NCBI GenBank assembly: GCA_010093995.1
Contig: ML992506.1
Span: 244,832 to 308,831 of the forward strand
Length of the DNA: 64,000 nt
Direction: 5' to 3'
From: Elsinoe ampelina
Taxonomy: Eukaryota
Shown piece after piece: positions 1 to 13,388 of the stretch. Position 1 is the stretch's first letter, and each line of letters begins with the position of its first letter. The position numbers were made by a program, and so were the translations under genes. The notes beneath the pieces are model-generated. The model searched no databases, was not told the origin of the DNA, and saw nothing but the letters and a program-made list of their open reading frames with translations.

Positions 1-920
1 GTCTGTCGCTCGCTCGATGCACGGATGCGTACTCGAAGTCGATATTGATATGCAAACATTACACCTCTTGCAGTGGACAAAGTCTTTTCCCAGCCCCTCT
101 CCCTTTCTGCAGATACCGCAGTCATCGCAGTGATAGATTCGCTTTGTGCTGTCATTGTCCCAAAGCTTACACTTGGGGCAATAGTAGTATGCTGCTTCTG
201 TACCACAAGATATACAAATGTCCGAAGCTGCCTGCGCCGTCTTACACACCATGCAAAGCATATGCTGTGTCTTCCTCCTGTTCAGCTGGTGGTGCCATGG
301 TAAGTCCAGACTGGCATCGTGACAGAATCGACAAGGAAACCACATCTTGCAATCGAAGCACTGGACCTTGACATTGCGCTTGTAGTGTTTGCACCCCAGT
401 ATTGGCTCAGTCTCTTGGTCCAGCAGCTCGTCGAGCTCATCCTGAACATTCGTGTCTGGGTGGTAGGATGGGTCCTTGTCCTGATCCGTGAGATGAAATT
501 CCACAGTGGTGGGAGCGTTCTCTTGCGTAGCTTTCGGCACTGAAGATCTTGTAGGGAGTGGCTTGTTTCTTGACTGATATGTTTCCACCATCAAATCATG
601 CATCCTCTTGGCCGTCTCTTCAGTCGATAGGGCGAGCTCCCTTATCTCATGCATCTTCTCCCGCAGATCCCGCATGCCGTCATTCTCGGGCAGACCCCGC
701 TCCGGAACTGTAGCATGGCCTTCAAGGGTTGTCGCTTGATCTGCTCGTTCGTGTGGCATGGCGCAAGCTGCTCAGCTGGTGGGTTGCAGGTGACGGATTC
801 GTCTCGTAGCACTGAGGTCTGGTCGGGTGGTGTTAGGATGTCGCTACATATCCCTTGGACCCAGGGCTAGCTCGAAAAGTGAGAAGCAAAGGAAAATACA
901 ATAGAGATGCAAGATGACAT
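1..920 (-). CDS. CHY zinc finger / RING E3 ligase (Pirh2/RCHY1-like), 5' part; runs off the window start
   Basis: Manual minus-strand translation gives LPENDGMRDLREKMHEIRE...LGCKHYKRNVKVQCFDCKMWFPCRFCHD...HQLNRRKTQHMLCMVCK...YYCPKCKLWDND...YHCDDCGICRKGEGLGKDFVHCKRCNVC. It is absent from the ORF track because no stop lies in the window. The start (ATG near 920 plus a short intron) is tentative. Confidence 0.88.
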
Positions 921-1157
921 GGCGAAAAGCGGAGAAAGGGTGGAGACGAATGCAGGTGCAGGCTGATCAAGGTTGCAGGATTCTGGACCCACACATGTGC
1001 AGAGATGTTGCAGATCAAGCATGTGATCCTTGGCAGTGACCAGGCATAAAATTGATCTACATACGAGCAATTGTAGATCATATTTCCAACGCAATCTATC
1101 ATGATATCAAAACTCCGCGCTGTGAATCAAATATGTTCAGATCGACCTCCGAGGTTA

Positions 1158-2940
1158 TCAAAGAATGCTCGTCTGTACACCGAATGCCCCCTTCAACGCC
1201 AACCATCCCTCATACGCTCGCAATTTGATCCGCACCCTTTGGAAAGCAGACCAAGCTGTTATCAAGTGCCATAGATTCCTCGGATTTGCGAGACTACCTT
1301 TGAGATTGTCCAGTTGCTCCTCGTATACCGTCCTTGCAGCATATCTGGCCAGAATGAGGAATGTTCGGATCGGTCCTTGCTGGGTCTTCAAGTTCTCGTC
1401 AAGACTTCTGGTCAGGTCGTTCGTCTTCAGAATGAGGAGCATTACCCTAGGCACCTGACCGAGAAGCGATATTAGATCCTCCAGTAATCCATCCCCCAGG
1501 GCGTCAGATATCGTCTGCTTCTCTTCGGAGCTTCGTGGCTTTGCAATGCTAGATGTGACCACACTGTAGTCGCGACCAGTGATTGCACTTGCGAATAGCG
1601 GGAATTGCTCGTCTGTAATACCTGCAACAGCATGGGCATACTTTCGCATCCTCTTCTCATCTGCGTCAATTACTGCCAGCCAAAGCTTCGCATAGTTACG
1701 ACGAAGATCCAAAGGTGGGTTCCGGTACAGACCGTGGTCGTATAGGACGATGTCAAAGTTGTGAGGTGCACGCCGAGACTCGTTGAGTCGTACTGCGATG
1801 TTGCCACCGTGTGGATCACAATGTAGGGGTGCGCCACGACCGAAGATCATCTCGTTGAAAACTCTGGCCAGCGCCGCAGAAACCTCATCTCGTGAGATGT
1901 TATTCGAATCCAGATACTCAAGATCATCCGGTCTATGTCCGGTGATGTACTCCATGACCAGTATACGTCGCTGTGCCCACATTACTTCCGGAATGATGAC
2001 TGGTAGCTCTGGGTGGTGTGAGAAGTACTCCTTTGCAATCTTCGCGTTGGCACCTTCCTGTGCAAAGTCGAGCTCCTTTGGCAGACTCTCCTGCATCTCG
2101 TCGCTCAGCCATGTCAAGTCGTACTCCGGGAACCACCTCTTCAGGGTTCTGAACGAGAAGCGTGTCAGTGCAAGGTCCATATCAGCCCATTGATCCAGCG
2201 AAGGGTGTTGGATCTTGACTGCAACCTCCTCTCCAGTGTCCTTCAGTCGTGCGATATGCACCTGTGCTAGGGATGCCGCGCCTATGGGCTGCTCGTTGAA
2301 CTCGCTAAAGTACTCCTCGATTGGCTTGCCGGTATCCTTCAAGACCATCTCTTGTACGCTCTCGAAGGAAGACACCGGGCACTTATCTTGCAGTGGTATG
2401 AAGGTGTCGCACCACTCGGACGGTAACAGGTAGTTCATGCTACTCAGGTGTTGGCCTAGTTTCACGAAAATTGAGCCGTTCTTCTCGAGGGCAGAGTAGG
2501 TCCGGTCGGCGCATCGCTGGTGACATGCCTTGAGCAATGCACTGTAGTGGTCTGGGTCCTCGCCACGGTGCTTCAAGGTGCTACGATAGCTACTCGCTCG
2601 TCAGTTTTGAGCAGAACGGATTAGGCGTGGAATCCTTATACTCATTTATGCAGAGAAACAGTGTCGTCACTACCCGACCAGACCGCTGTGCTGCTTGATA
2701 AAGATGTCGGGCCTCTTCACTGGTGTATACAGCTCCTGCTCCAACTACGACAGTGCCCACCGCTGTGTAGAGTAGCCCCCGACTCCTCGTCGCCCCTTTG
2801 ATCTGCTGTGTTGCTCCAGAGGCATATCGCCTCAGAATCAATGCTTCATCATGAATGCGCTGGGGCGTCGTTTGCTTCGAAGCAGTCCAAGAACTTTTCG
2901 AGAAACCCAGTACTGACGTCCATAGTTTTGTTGATCTCAT
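1158..2940 (-). CDS. ABC1/UbiB atypical kinase (ADCK1/Mcp2-like), mitochondrial, 2 exons
   Basis: Motifs FVKLGQ, PIGAASLAQVH, VAVKIQHP, HCDPHGGN, DHGLY. Exon 1 (2940 to about 2641) has a presequence-like N-terminus and a TM segment. Intron at about 2589-2640. Confidence 0.9.
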
Positions 2941-3267
2941 ATCATATTACATGCAAATTAGCTGCAGAACGACTGATTACTGGATAAAGTTCATGTCTAT
3001 GGGCCGACTTTTCAGAAAGTTGTTTCTGTTTTGGGGTAGCGGGCAAAATGGGCGGAACACTTTCTGCCAAAGGCGGTAAAAATCACGATTATGGAAGGCA
3101 ATGTGTAGGTATGCTTTTCATATGTCTGCTATTGTATGCCAGGAAGGGACTGATCACTTTCTGATGGCCCTTGCCCAGAGCTCTCCCGAATGCTGTAGTA
3201 ACCCAAACGCCGCGCTGAGATGGGATTCATGCTGTCGTAATGCATAACCAGAAGTGATGGCGCAAGA

Positions 3268-3787
3268 TCATGGAGCAGGGTTGTCCTTTACCACCTGTCT
3301 GATCTTCTTCTCGTAAGCCGCGCGATCCTTCTTGAATAGGTTGTACGCATCGGCTTGGGCTGGTGAGTCGGGGTTGGGCTCGTCCAGCAGAGACTGAATC
3401 CCAAGGAGGATCTCCTTAATCGTGATTGCAGGCTTCCAGCCTTCTTCTTCGTTGAGGATGGAGAGACAGACGGTGCCGGAAGGGTAGACGTTTGGGTGGA
3501 AGAGAGGTGGGACGAATTTGCCTGGTCTAATCAGCTGGGAGTCACGAGTTCTGAAGAAGCGACGAACACTTCGGCGGCTTGGTCGGGTACTCATCCGGAA
3601 ACAGAACCTCAACTCTGAATAGACCACCCTCCCAAATAGTCTTCTCTTTCCCTGGAATGGAGCATTCCCACCTCTTCAGGTCAAGAACGCCCTGTGATGT
3701 CTTTGCTGGTTTTGCGACGAATCCAAAAGGATGATCTTTGCGCCATTGCTTGCGCTCCTCAGCGAGACGATTCTGGCAGAGAGACAT
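3268..3787 (-). CDS. UBC9: SUMO-conjugating enzyme E2, 2 exons
   Basis: [23 protein letters not shown]...YPTKPPKC joined across an intron (about 3522-3569) to [22 protein letters not shown]. Confidence 0.96.
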
Positions 3788-4134
3788 GGCGCGAGTGAAG
3801 TCGGAAAGTCGGGTGAGGTGAAGTATCGAAGCAGAGGTAAGTGTGAAAGAGGAAAGTGGGATGAACAAAAGATATAAACGCCAAGCAGGCGGCTGATTCA
3901 CGTGAAGCTGCGAGTGGTGCCTCAGGCATTCACGCCGCGGAGCTGAGGTGTCTGCCGCTGCCGAGGCCCTCGAAAATCCCCCACCTTGTTTGCGATCACA
4001 AGCTTGCTTTCGCAAATAACTTATGCGACAGTCGAAATTCAAAATCTGAATGAACAATTACCCTCGTCGATCACTGAGATTCTGAGGGATTCCCACACTC
4101 CTCAAGCTTGATTCCCGAGTCATTGCTTGCAATA

Positions 4135-5139
4135 ATGACGGACAAGAAAGAGGACATTCCAGCCGAGCTGGCACCTGATCCAGACGAGGATGAATTGGAC
4201 GACCTTGATGGTAGGTTCCTTGTACCTGGGGACAACGATGTTGGATATTGACAGCAGAAGATATGCTCGATGAATTTTCAGCAACCAAGCTGGAGCAGAA
4301 CAAACCGGCAGCAACTCAACCCAACAAGCAAGATGCACCCGCAGGACCTTCAGGAGGGGACGAAGATGAATTCTCGAAGCAATTGCAGGCGGGAATGGCA
4401 GAACTCCTTGGATCTTTGGGACAGAATCCCGAGATGCAAGCAGAGCTCGAGCAAATGATGAAAGAAATGGGCGACGTGGCCGCGAAAGAGGGGACTTCAG
4501 ACGCTGACCCTGTGGCTTCCACCAAAGGAGCCACGACTACCACAGGCACCAAGGCTAAAAAGACTCCCGAGGATCCGTTTCAGGATACCATACGCAAAAC
4601 TATGGAAAGGATGCAGAACTCTGGCGAGACGGCGTCGGCGGCGGCTGCTTCATCTAGCGAAGAAGACATGTTTGCTCAAATGCTGAAAGAAATGGAGAAA
4701 GGTAATTTTCCCGGTCTAGATGGTGGCAGCGAGGAAGACTTCAACAAGATGCTCATGGGCATGATGGAGCAATTGACAAACAAGGAAATCCTGTACGAGC
4801 CAATGAAGGATTTGCACGACAAGTTTCCAGAATGGTTGAAGAACAACGCCGACAAGACAAAGGCTGAGGACCTGGCCAGGTACAAGGAGCAGCAGTCTCT
4901 TGTTGGCGAGATTGTAGGAAGATTTGACCGTCCTGGATACAGTGATGACAACAAGGAAGACCGCGACTTCATTGTAGAACGCATGCAAAAGGTGAAGAAG
5001 TGTGATTCCATACATTCATGCGATGACTGACAGTCAAAAGATGCAAGCCGCAGGCTCACCTCCTCCGGATCTGGTGGGCGATCTTGGATCTGCTCAGGAT
5101 ATGCTATCAGACATGGAAGGAGGTTGCCCGACACAGTAG
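4135..5139 (+). CDS. PEX19: Peroxin 19, 3 exons
   Basis: N-terminal PDPDEDELDDLD|DMLDEF, central LTNKEILYEPMKDL, C-terminal MQAAGSPPPDL...GCPTQ* (CaaX box). Introns at about 4211-4260 and 4992-5040. Confidence 0.95.
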
Positions 5140-5608
5140 TATAAGACCTGGGATATGCTTGACTCCGAACTGCTATCGCTCGACGTATGCCAATCACCAT
5201 CTCGGAGGGATCCGCTCGAGCGATATGATCTCGTAAGTCCGGTCAAGGTGGTAATCCTGTTCAGAGCCGGACAGGGTGGAATATTGTGTACAACGTCACT
5301 ACAGGTCACGAAACACGCATGGCGAACGACAATACGGGACAAGTTTGCAACCCTGATACCATGGACCCTGGACTTGATTGCAAGGTTGCCTGCAGTGGGA
5401 ATTTTTGAGCAGCCCTTGAACCCTGTGTCGCAGCCCCGGATTCACAAGCACAAGCGGCCCCAGCAGTCGTCATCAGACCCTAGAATTGTGGTCCCGCCAG
5501 CTCCCGTCGTTGTCATGTTGCTTACCATGTCGCATACATCTCGTAAGTTCGCAATGGTAGCGACAGTCTCACTTGGCATCTCCAGCGCTGCGCGAAAAGT
5601 GGTGATGG

Positions 5609-6691
5609 ATGTTTCCAGAAATGAAAGGAATATGGCAACTACCATTCGAGGTTCTCTGGAGATTTTTACTCGTACGCCTGGACCGACTGGTACCGATACA
5701 TGCTTTGCGACTTACTTCTAACCCTCCCTATCCCATCAAGTTGAGGATTCCATCTCGAAGCAAGCACAAGATCACGGTACATCTATTCGTGCCAGATGGA
5801 ATCAAGCTTGAGAAGGAGGGTCCACTGCCAGTTCACATCGACTTTCATGGCGGCGGCTTCTTCATGGGCTCATGTACGGAGCAAGCTCCCTTCTGTTCCA
5901 TGATTGCAGCCTCTCTCAACCGCATCGTCATCAGTGTGGACTACCGACTTGGACCGCTGCATCGTTTCCCGGCCGCGATCGAAGATGCAGAGGACGTTGT
6001 CTCGGCAGTGCTACAGCCATCATCACAGGGTGGATCGAAACTCCGTCACAAGGTACTCAAGCAGATGCTGCGGCGGCCGCAGCCAGGAATCGATACTTCG
6101 AAGTACACCGACATTCTCGATCCAACAAGACTATCGCTGTCCGGCTTCTCGTCTGGTGGTAATATCGCCCTCAACCTCGCCCTCAACATTGAATCCGATG
6201 AACTAAAGTGGCCGTCCTTACTATCTCTGACGTCTCCACACCCCATTCCGACCCTCCTGTTCTACCCATCCTTCGACCAATCATGCTTACCGCACGAACG
6301 TCCCCCACCACGCCACCTGCCTCTACACAAGCAGACCGAGATCATGACTCCTGGCCGACTAAGACTGGCCAAGCATCTCAGCTCGGCCTACCTTTCTGAC
6401 GAGCAGCGCTTCCACATCCGCGCCAGTCCCGGAAGCGCAGACATCGACTGCATACATCCTGGAGCTAGACTCTTCCTCGTACTGCCGGAACTGGATACTC
6501 TAGCAGCGATAAGTGAGCAGTGGGTCGAGAAGGTGGAGAAGGGAGGTAGGGGGAATGTACTAGAAGTGAGGAGATGTCCTGGGATGAAGCATGGGTGGAC
6601 GCAGTATCCTGACATAGCGCTGAAGAAGGAGGAAAAGGCCGAGAAGGTCAAGGTGTTTGTCGAAGCGCTCAGATTTCTTGAGAAGTTTTGA
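5609..6691 (+). CDS. Alpha/beta hydrolase, HSL-like (Abhydrolase_3)
   Basis: HGGGF oxyanion motif, VDYRL, GFSSGG nucleophile elbow, C-terminal HGW. Start uncertain. Confidence 0.85.
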   Translation: MFPEMKGIWQLPFEVLWRFLLVRLDRLVPIHALRLTSNPPYPIKLRIPSRSKHKITVHLFVPDGIKLEKEGPLPVHIDFHGGGFFMGSCTEQAPFCSMIAASLNRIVISVDYRLGPLHRFPAAIEDAEDVVSAVLQPSSQGGSKLRHKVLKQMLRRPQPGIDTSKYTDILDPTRLSLSGFSSGGNIALNLALNIESDELKWPSLLSLTSPHPIPTLLFYPSFDQSCLPHERPPPRHLPLHKQTEIMTPGRLRLAKHLSSAYLSDEQRFHIRASPGSADIDCIHPGARLFLVLPELDTLAAISEQWVEKVEKGGRGNVLEVRRCPGMKHGWTQYPDIALKKEEKAEKVKVFVEALRFLEKF

Positions 6692-6922
6692 TGCTCGATC
6701 TGTAGATAAGAGACGTGAATTGCACATTCGCCTTGTATGGCTTTAGATTTCAATCGTCACACTATGAATTGTGCTGTACACTGTCGACGCTAGCTCTGGG
6801 ACAATCTTCTAGGGTTTCGTATCTTCATCAAATGCCGTCTATGAACAAACGCCTACATCCCAGCCCGACGCCATGCAGAAACCAAACACTCCAAAAGTGC
6901 GACACGTCTGTTTGATACCCGA

Positions 6923-8036
6923 TTATCGCCTCCCAAACCAGCCCTTCTTCCTCGGCTTCTCCTGACCGCCATCCGCCGCCGTCATCTCATGCTCCCTGAC
7001 CCCCTTCTCACTCCCGGCGAACCTCCCCGTCCAAGCCTTCTTGCTCCCCCTCTTCCTCCCGGACCTCACATCGCGCCTCGACGCACAACAACAACACTCC
7101 CCAATCTGAATCAAAGCCGCGAGCAAACTCGCCGCGACGGCAATGTACATCAACACAAACATCTTGGTGCCGAGTGAACTCTGGATGTTCAGCTCCGCGA
7201 CGGAGGTGAATGCGTTGCGCATGATGACGAACATGACGGTCGCGATGACGGCGGCGACGGTGATGAGGAGCGCGGCGAGGAAGGTGAAGATGGAGGTTAT
7301 GAGGGCGACCCACCGCGATAGGACGGCGAGGGGGGCGAGGAAGATCATGACGAAGGAGAGGACGAGGCCGGAGAGGAAGAGGGAGAACATCCAGTTGCTG
7401 GCTAGGCGGATGAGGTCGAGGATGTCGGTTACGTCGGTGGGGAGGGCGACTGGGAGGGGGAGTTAGCTGTTTGTCGGAAGGGAAGAGGGAGGGGTTGTGG
7501 CGTGGTGGAAGCCCTAGCCCTAGGTCTGGCATGACTTCAGGAGAAGAGGATTACTTACTTGTTGCACCGGCCAGGAGCTGGGATACCAGAATTTCGACCG
7601 GGTTGAACCAGTAGAGCTTGGTAGGGGTTGAGCATTCCGTGACGCCCTCATCGTTGTAGCCCTGGCAGTATCCCCACAGACCAATCTGATAGAAGTCGTG
7701 CAGACCTAGGGTACGAGCTATCGAGTTGACCAGTGTAGCGTTGGGTACTGATTGGGGAATGATGTTTGTCAAGTCGAGCTTGATGAAGTAGATGCTGTTC
7801 CGGATTGATGAATTTGCGGATGTACTCCCTGATTCCACGAGGATGAGGAATATCACAGCGATTAGGAGTAGAAAGGATGTTATTAGGGAGAAGATGAATC
7901 GTGTTCGTGTCGCTCGTTTGATCTGGGCTTTCGTAGGTGTGCCATTTGGTCCTTTCTCTTCCTCGACGGCCGTTCTCTCTGTCTCGCCTGAGGTTCTTGC
8001 AGGCTCATTGCGAGCTTTCTTCCTACCAAAGACCAT
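6923..8036 (-). CDS. SUR7/PalI family membrane protein, 2 exons
   Basis: GLHDFYQIGLWGYCQG...C claudin-like motif and four TM segments. Intron at about 7467-7554. Confidence 0.88.
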
Positions 8037-9022
8037 CCTGGGCGAACTGTATCTTTGTAAGGGAAAGGTCGAGCGGAAAACACTGTCTGAAGGTGCTCCC
8101 TTGAGTCGGAAATGGGTGAGAGGTGTGGTCGAATTAGCTGAGCGAGTGTGGTAGAATGCGGAGGGAACAGGTCGATATGAAGTCGTCTATCAAAGCCAAT
8201 TCAACGGAAAGACGAACGCTGTGGTCGTGGATGACGACCCAAGGATGCGGTCCAGCGCGTGTCCTGGGCATGTTCAGAGTGGAGACTTGGACTAAGCAGA
8301 TTCGATTTGTTTGCGTGGTCGTTGATGGCTTTGCGAGCGTGACGTCATGGCACGGCAGGGATCAATTTTTTGAGCAAACGGTCGATTTAGCTGCAGATCA
8401 AACTTTGGTCCACGCAAGCCATGATGGATTGTTTCTCGTGTTCATTCAGGCATGCATCATGGGGTAAGACGATACAAGCTATCCAGAGGATCAAGTATGC
8501 TTGGTATCCTGTATCTGAACAGCCAGAACAATTACGATTGAGAGCTACGAGAGGTGAACGTCAAATATGTTTCGAAAATCACCATCTCGAAAACAAATGA
8601 TCTGAAGGACCCTGCGGGTCGTTCCCCGTCTCCTCACAGACGGCGCCGATCTGCCGGCGAACAGGCCTCCTTTTTCGTCCCGGCGAGCTCTTTCCCTACG
8701 TCACATGTCGCGTCCCCGTATCCACAATTCTGCATCGACGACGACCGGACGATTGCTCGTGCATCTTGACAATTTCTCTCCAGGCAGCGGATCTGGTTGG
8801 GGCGGCAAGTCTTTTTCGTATCATTACCTCTACTCAATAATGATGAAACACGATTGAACGACATCTACTTTTCATTCTTGCATTTCCCCACCACATCAGC
8901 ATTGAGTCCTCCCATATCAATATCCCTACCATCCCTACTCGGAGCCACGCGGCCAGCAGTGCGATCTCCCACGAAGCTGCATACGAGGCAGGCAGACAGT
9001 CTCATACAGGAGCCACGCAGCT

Positions 9023-10405
9023 ATGCAGTATTCCTATCTTTGGCTCAGTCTAGGACTGGCCTTTGGTGTCAGTGCCCAACAGAGTGGTGCGGCAACAGAC
9101 ACACGAGCATTCACGACTTTGACTGGATCGCTGGCATCCGAGGTCACATCCATTGGCACATCTTACGCCTCGAATGGAGAACAGGTTACGTTCACTTTAA
9201 CTTCGAACTTGGTCAATCAGGACTCAACAAGCAGGTCTTCAGGTAGTTCCTCGTCTGGCACAGGCAGCATAACGACCACGAGTCCTGGATCCACAAGTAC
9301 TGTTACCCTGTTACTAGGTGGTGGAGCTGGTATCCAGACGCTCAGTATCATCAACGGGACCTCCACCATCTATCCCAACGCCACTGCTACTGGCACAAGC
9401 TCAACATCGTCCGCCGCACAACCTACCAATACCCAGCCCTGTAATGGTTGGCCCGAATTCTGCAATCGCGGCTATGGAAATATCACTCAAGTCACTTCTC
9501 ACAATGCTTTCTTCAACATCCGTGGCAACGCAGCCAGCAACCAAGCCTACAGCGTGACTCAACAACTAGACGACGGCATTCGTATGCTCAGCGGTGGCGT
9601 GCACTATGTCAACAACACCCTCTTCTCCTGCCACACGTCCTGCGACCTCCTCAACGCTGGTACTCTTGAGTCAGGCTATAGCGAAGTCGCCGCATGGGTC
9701 CGTACCCACCCCTACGATGTCGTCACTCTTCTCATAGTCAACTCCGACTTTCGCCCTGTGGAAGACTTTGTCGCCCCAATTCAAAACTCCGGCCTAGGAC
9801 CCTACCTCTACGAGCCTCCTTACTTTCCCATGCGTTTGAATCAATGGCCTACCCTCTCCGAGATGATCCTCCGCCAGCAACGCGTAGTCATCTTCATGGA
9901 CTACAACGCAAACCAGACATCCGTCCCCTACGTCCTCGACGAGTTCCGCCACATCTGGGAAACACCCTTTTCCCCACAAAACGCCGAGTTCCCCTGCGAC
10001 CTCGAACGTCCACCCCAACTCCAGAACCTGACCGAGGCCCGCGAAGAGTTCATGTACATGGCCAACCACAACCTCAACACTGCCGTCAGCTTCGCCGGGA
10101 CTAGCTTCCTGATCCCCAACACCGCGAGCATCAATGTGACCAATGCAGCCGGTAACGAGACAGGTATGTTGGGCGCCATGGACGACACCTGCGAGCGACA
10201 GTGGGGTCGCAGCCCGAATTGGCTGTTGGTGGATTACTACGACCGCGTGAACGGGAGTGTGTTTGAGGTTGCTGCGAGGGCGAATAATGTCACGTATGAT
10301 AGGGAGTGCTGTGGTTACCCACCCACGAGTGGTGGTGAGAAGGCAAGAGTCGGGTGGAGTTTGTTGGCTGCTGGATTGGTGGCGCTGGGGATGTGTCTTG
10401 CTTGA
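9023..10405 (+). CDS. Secreted, probably GPI-anchored PI-PLC X-domain-like phosphodiesterase
   Basis: Signal peptide, S/T-rich linker, CNGWPEFCNR, SHNA, NQ...QLDDGIRML, CHTSC, WETPF, PNWLLVDYY, hydrophobic C-terminus. Confidence 0.88.
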   Translation: MQYSYLWLSLGLAFGVSAQQSGAATDTRAFTTLTGSLASEVTSIGTSYASNGEQVTFTLTSNLVNQDSTSRSSGSSSSGTGSITTTSPGSTSTVTLLLGGGAGIQTLSIINGTSTIYPNATATGTSSTSSAAQPTNTQPCNGWPEFCNRGYGNITQVTSHNAFFNIRGNAASNQAYSVTQQLDDGIRMLSGGVHYVNNTLFSCHTSCDLLNAGTLESGYSEVAAWVRTHPYDVVTLLIVNSDFRPVEDFVAPIQNSGLGPYLYEPPYFPMRLNQWPTLSEMILRQQRVVIFMDYNANQTSVPYVLDEFRHIWETPFSPQNAEFPCDLERPPQLQNLTEAREEFMYMANHNLNTAVSFAGTSFLIPNTASINVTNAAGNETGMLGAMDDTCERQWGRSPNWLLVDYYDRVNGSVFEVAARANNVTYDRECCGYPPTSGGEKARVGWSLLAAGLVALGMCLA

Positions 10406-10794
10406 TTGGTAAGGTTGGATGATTTGTACATAGCATGGCGTTGGTGGGCGTGTGAGAAATAAGGTAGATTATGAATGAGATATGACTTACCTATGATATT
10501 GAAGCATCATGCCTCTACTCTTGCTGCTCATCAAATGTTCTCCCCATGTGCCTTAGGCCCTAGTAGGTCTTTCCCCGAGACACGTTACTAGTTGATACGA
10601 ATGCTCCGGCAAATTCCTGCATGATCTGATGATGTAGCATTCTGATACCAGTAAGTAGCCCGCTAAACTACAGTAAATCGTGACAATCGACCAACCCCCT
10701 CACCCCTCGTCCCCCCCCACTCCTTCTCCCAACCCCTCTCCTTCCTCACCTCCAAACCCCTCCTCTCCCGCCCTCAATGCCCCTCCAGCATCCC

Positions 10795-12493
10795 CTAGCT
10801 AGTAGCCTGCTCCCCCACCCTCTCCAACAACGGCCTCCTCTCCTCGTCCTCCCCGACGGGCATCTTCCTATACCTCCCCTTCTCAACCTTATCCACCCTC
10901 CAGGTCCCCGCCTCCTTGGCCTTATCAAAGAACTCCTGGTTCTCCTCGAAACTCCGCCCGCCACTCTCAGGACAGTAAAAGTACGTCCACGCACCCGCGA
11001 ACAGATTCGTCCCGCCAAAGACGAGGAACAGCCAGAAGGACAAATTGTTGAACATGATCGGCGTCGCCAGCGTGACTGCAAAGTTGGCGATGCCCCAGAC
11101 TATCACGCTCACCGCTGTCCCTTGCGCACGGGCAGTGGTGGGGTAGATCTCCGTGGGAATAAGCCAGATGGTAGCCAGCCAACCGATGCCGAACGCGCCC
11201 GTCGCCGCGAACAAGGTGACGACGCCAGGGACAGCGACTGCCATTTGGGAGATGCCGAGGTCGTCGGCGTGGGTGGCGAGGCCGCCGAAGAGGGTCAGCA
11301 GGAGGAAGCCGAGGGTGAGGGCGGCGGAGCCCCAGAGGAGGACGGCGCGGCGGCCCACCACGTCGATGAGGAGCCAGGCGAAGGTCATGAGGAGGAAGTA
11401 GGAGATGTAGTTCCCTTGCGTGAGGTACTCGGAGGTGCGCACCGAGTAGCCTAGGAGTTCGAAGATTTGGGGACCGTAGACGGAGACAGCGCCGTATCCG
11501 GTAAGCGCTTGATTGACCTGGCCCATGATGGTGATGATGGTGGGGTGGAATTGGGCGTGGCCGGGTGTGAGCATGTCGGTGTAGCTGACGGATTCGCCTT
11601 CGGATTTGGAGGATTCGAGGAGCTCGTCGAGGCGGGATTTGGCTTCTTCGGAACCGAAGATGTCGGTGAGTGATTCTGAAGCGTCATCTTTGCGGTCGTG
11701 GAAGGCGAGCCAGCGGGGGGATTCGGGGAGGTTGCCGATGAAGCTGAAGAGGAGGAGGGGGTAGATTTGCATGAAGATGATCGGGACGCGCCAGGCCCAT
11801 TCGTTGTATTTGCCGAGGGAGATGGTGATGCCTAGATTGATGGCAAAAGCCATGTTCAAACCAAAGATATTCGACTGGAATTCCTTCGCAAGAGCTGTGC
11901 CACGAGATTCGTCTTCGCTGAGTTCGGAGGAGTAGACTGGTACTACAGAGTCGACACCGCCGACACCAAGACCCATGACAATCCGACCGAGCAGCATGAC
12001 TTCTCGTGCTCCTTTGGAGTAGCCGAGTCCGGCGATGAACATGATCAGGTTGCCAACAGATGCTGTTGCCAAGCACGCAGATAGTGCTGGTTTCCTACCG
12101 TACTTGTCGGCCATGTATGAGAAGATGACGGCGCCCACAGCACACCCGAGATAGTAGACAGAGACGATGACACCAACGATGGGAGACTCTTCTGGCATCT
12201 GCATGGTAGCCAGGTAGTTCTTGTTGGTGTTGATCAGAGACATCATGCCCTGATCGTAACCATACAGGGCAATGGCCGTGGCTGAGAAGAAGACGACCTG
12301 GACATGTATGTCAGCGACCTATGCTGCATCCGAGAGCTTCAACACTTCCGCCTGCTCTCTGCGATTGCTGATAGTTCCATCCTGGCTTAAACTACCACAG
12401 TCGATGCCATGATGTGGTCTGGCTGTCGATTTGTACGAGAGCTCAACATACCTGCTTCTGCTTGTCCTGCACATACTCTCTGATGCCCCCCAT
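10795..12493 (-). CDS. MFS sugar porter family transporter
   Basis: LYGYDQG, DKYGRK, GRIVMGLGVG, PESPRWL, DVVGRR, PTEIYP, PESGGRSFEE. The first exon (MGGIREYVQDKQKQ, ATG 12493) is inferred. Confidence 0.9.
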
Positions 12494-13388
12494 GATTGCG
12501 GTGTTTTCTCCGACAAGGCACTGGGAATCTCAGATCTCGGTGGTTACCTCCGCTGCTGAATGAGAAGCAGCTCGGTATGTCCTCAACAGACTCACTCTCC
12601 TTCTGTCAGTGTATGAGGTAGAACAGGAATGCAGAAAAAGACAACAGCCACACCGCTCCAACAAGACGAAAAAAGCCTCGTACGGGATTAAGACGCTTAC
12701 AATTGATCGTGCTCGTCCACACGCGTTGAAAGACGTGAAAGCGTGAAAGCGTCAAAGTTTTGGCGCGGGGCATCGCAAACTTTCGGCGCCAGTGACGACA
12801 CAAACCGTCCATGTCCAGAACGTGACCGGGTTAGCGTCGGTGTGTTGTATACCGCCTGAAATCCTGTCCATCGGAAAAAAGACGAAAGTGAATCGCGGAT
12901 CTGCTTGGATCTGCTGAGCCGCTGCGGAGATCGATCTGCTCCTAGGGTTTTCAGAATTGATTCATTGCAAAATTCTTCATTCGACGACTATCTAGCACGA
13001 GCAACGCCGCTGCCCTCACGCACAAGTACAGATGCACCGGATCGTTGAGATCCATTCCCCAATGCCATTCGCCATGTATAAGTCCGCCCATACCTTGTGA
13101 TATCTCTGTTGAATCACATCCATGAGGCTCTCTTTCCGAGCCTGGGTATCTGATTGTCATCTGTTGAATCGTGCTGTCTACTACAGCTTCATCACCGAAG
13201 AACTTTTGTTAAAAAGCAAATCGCTAATCCCATGTTGAATTCTGTTTCCCTTCATGGAAACAGGGTCATTACGACGTTAAGGTCATAAGTGTACTGGTAA
13301 AAGTACAGTCCAACACTCAATCAAGAGGTGGAGGGCCGACAGCTGTTGAGTGCTGCGGGCACTGGTGCGTCATGATGGTTAAAAACAT

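Noticed and set aside
5155..5721. 188-aa ORF upstream of the hydrolase
   Set aside because: No motif. It may contain an upstream exon, but I could not support a splice model.
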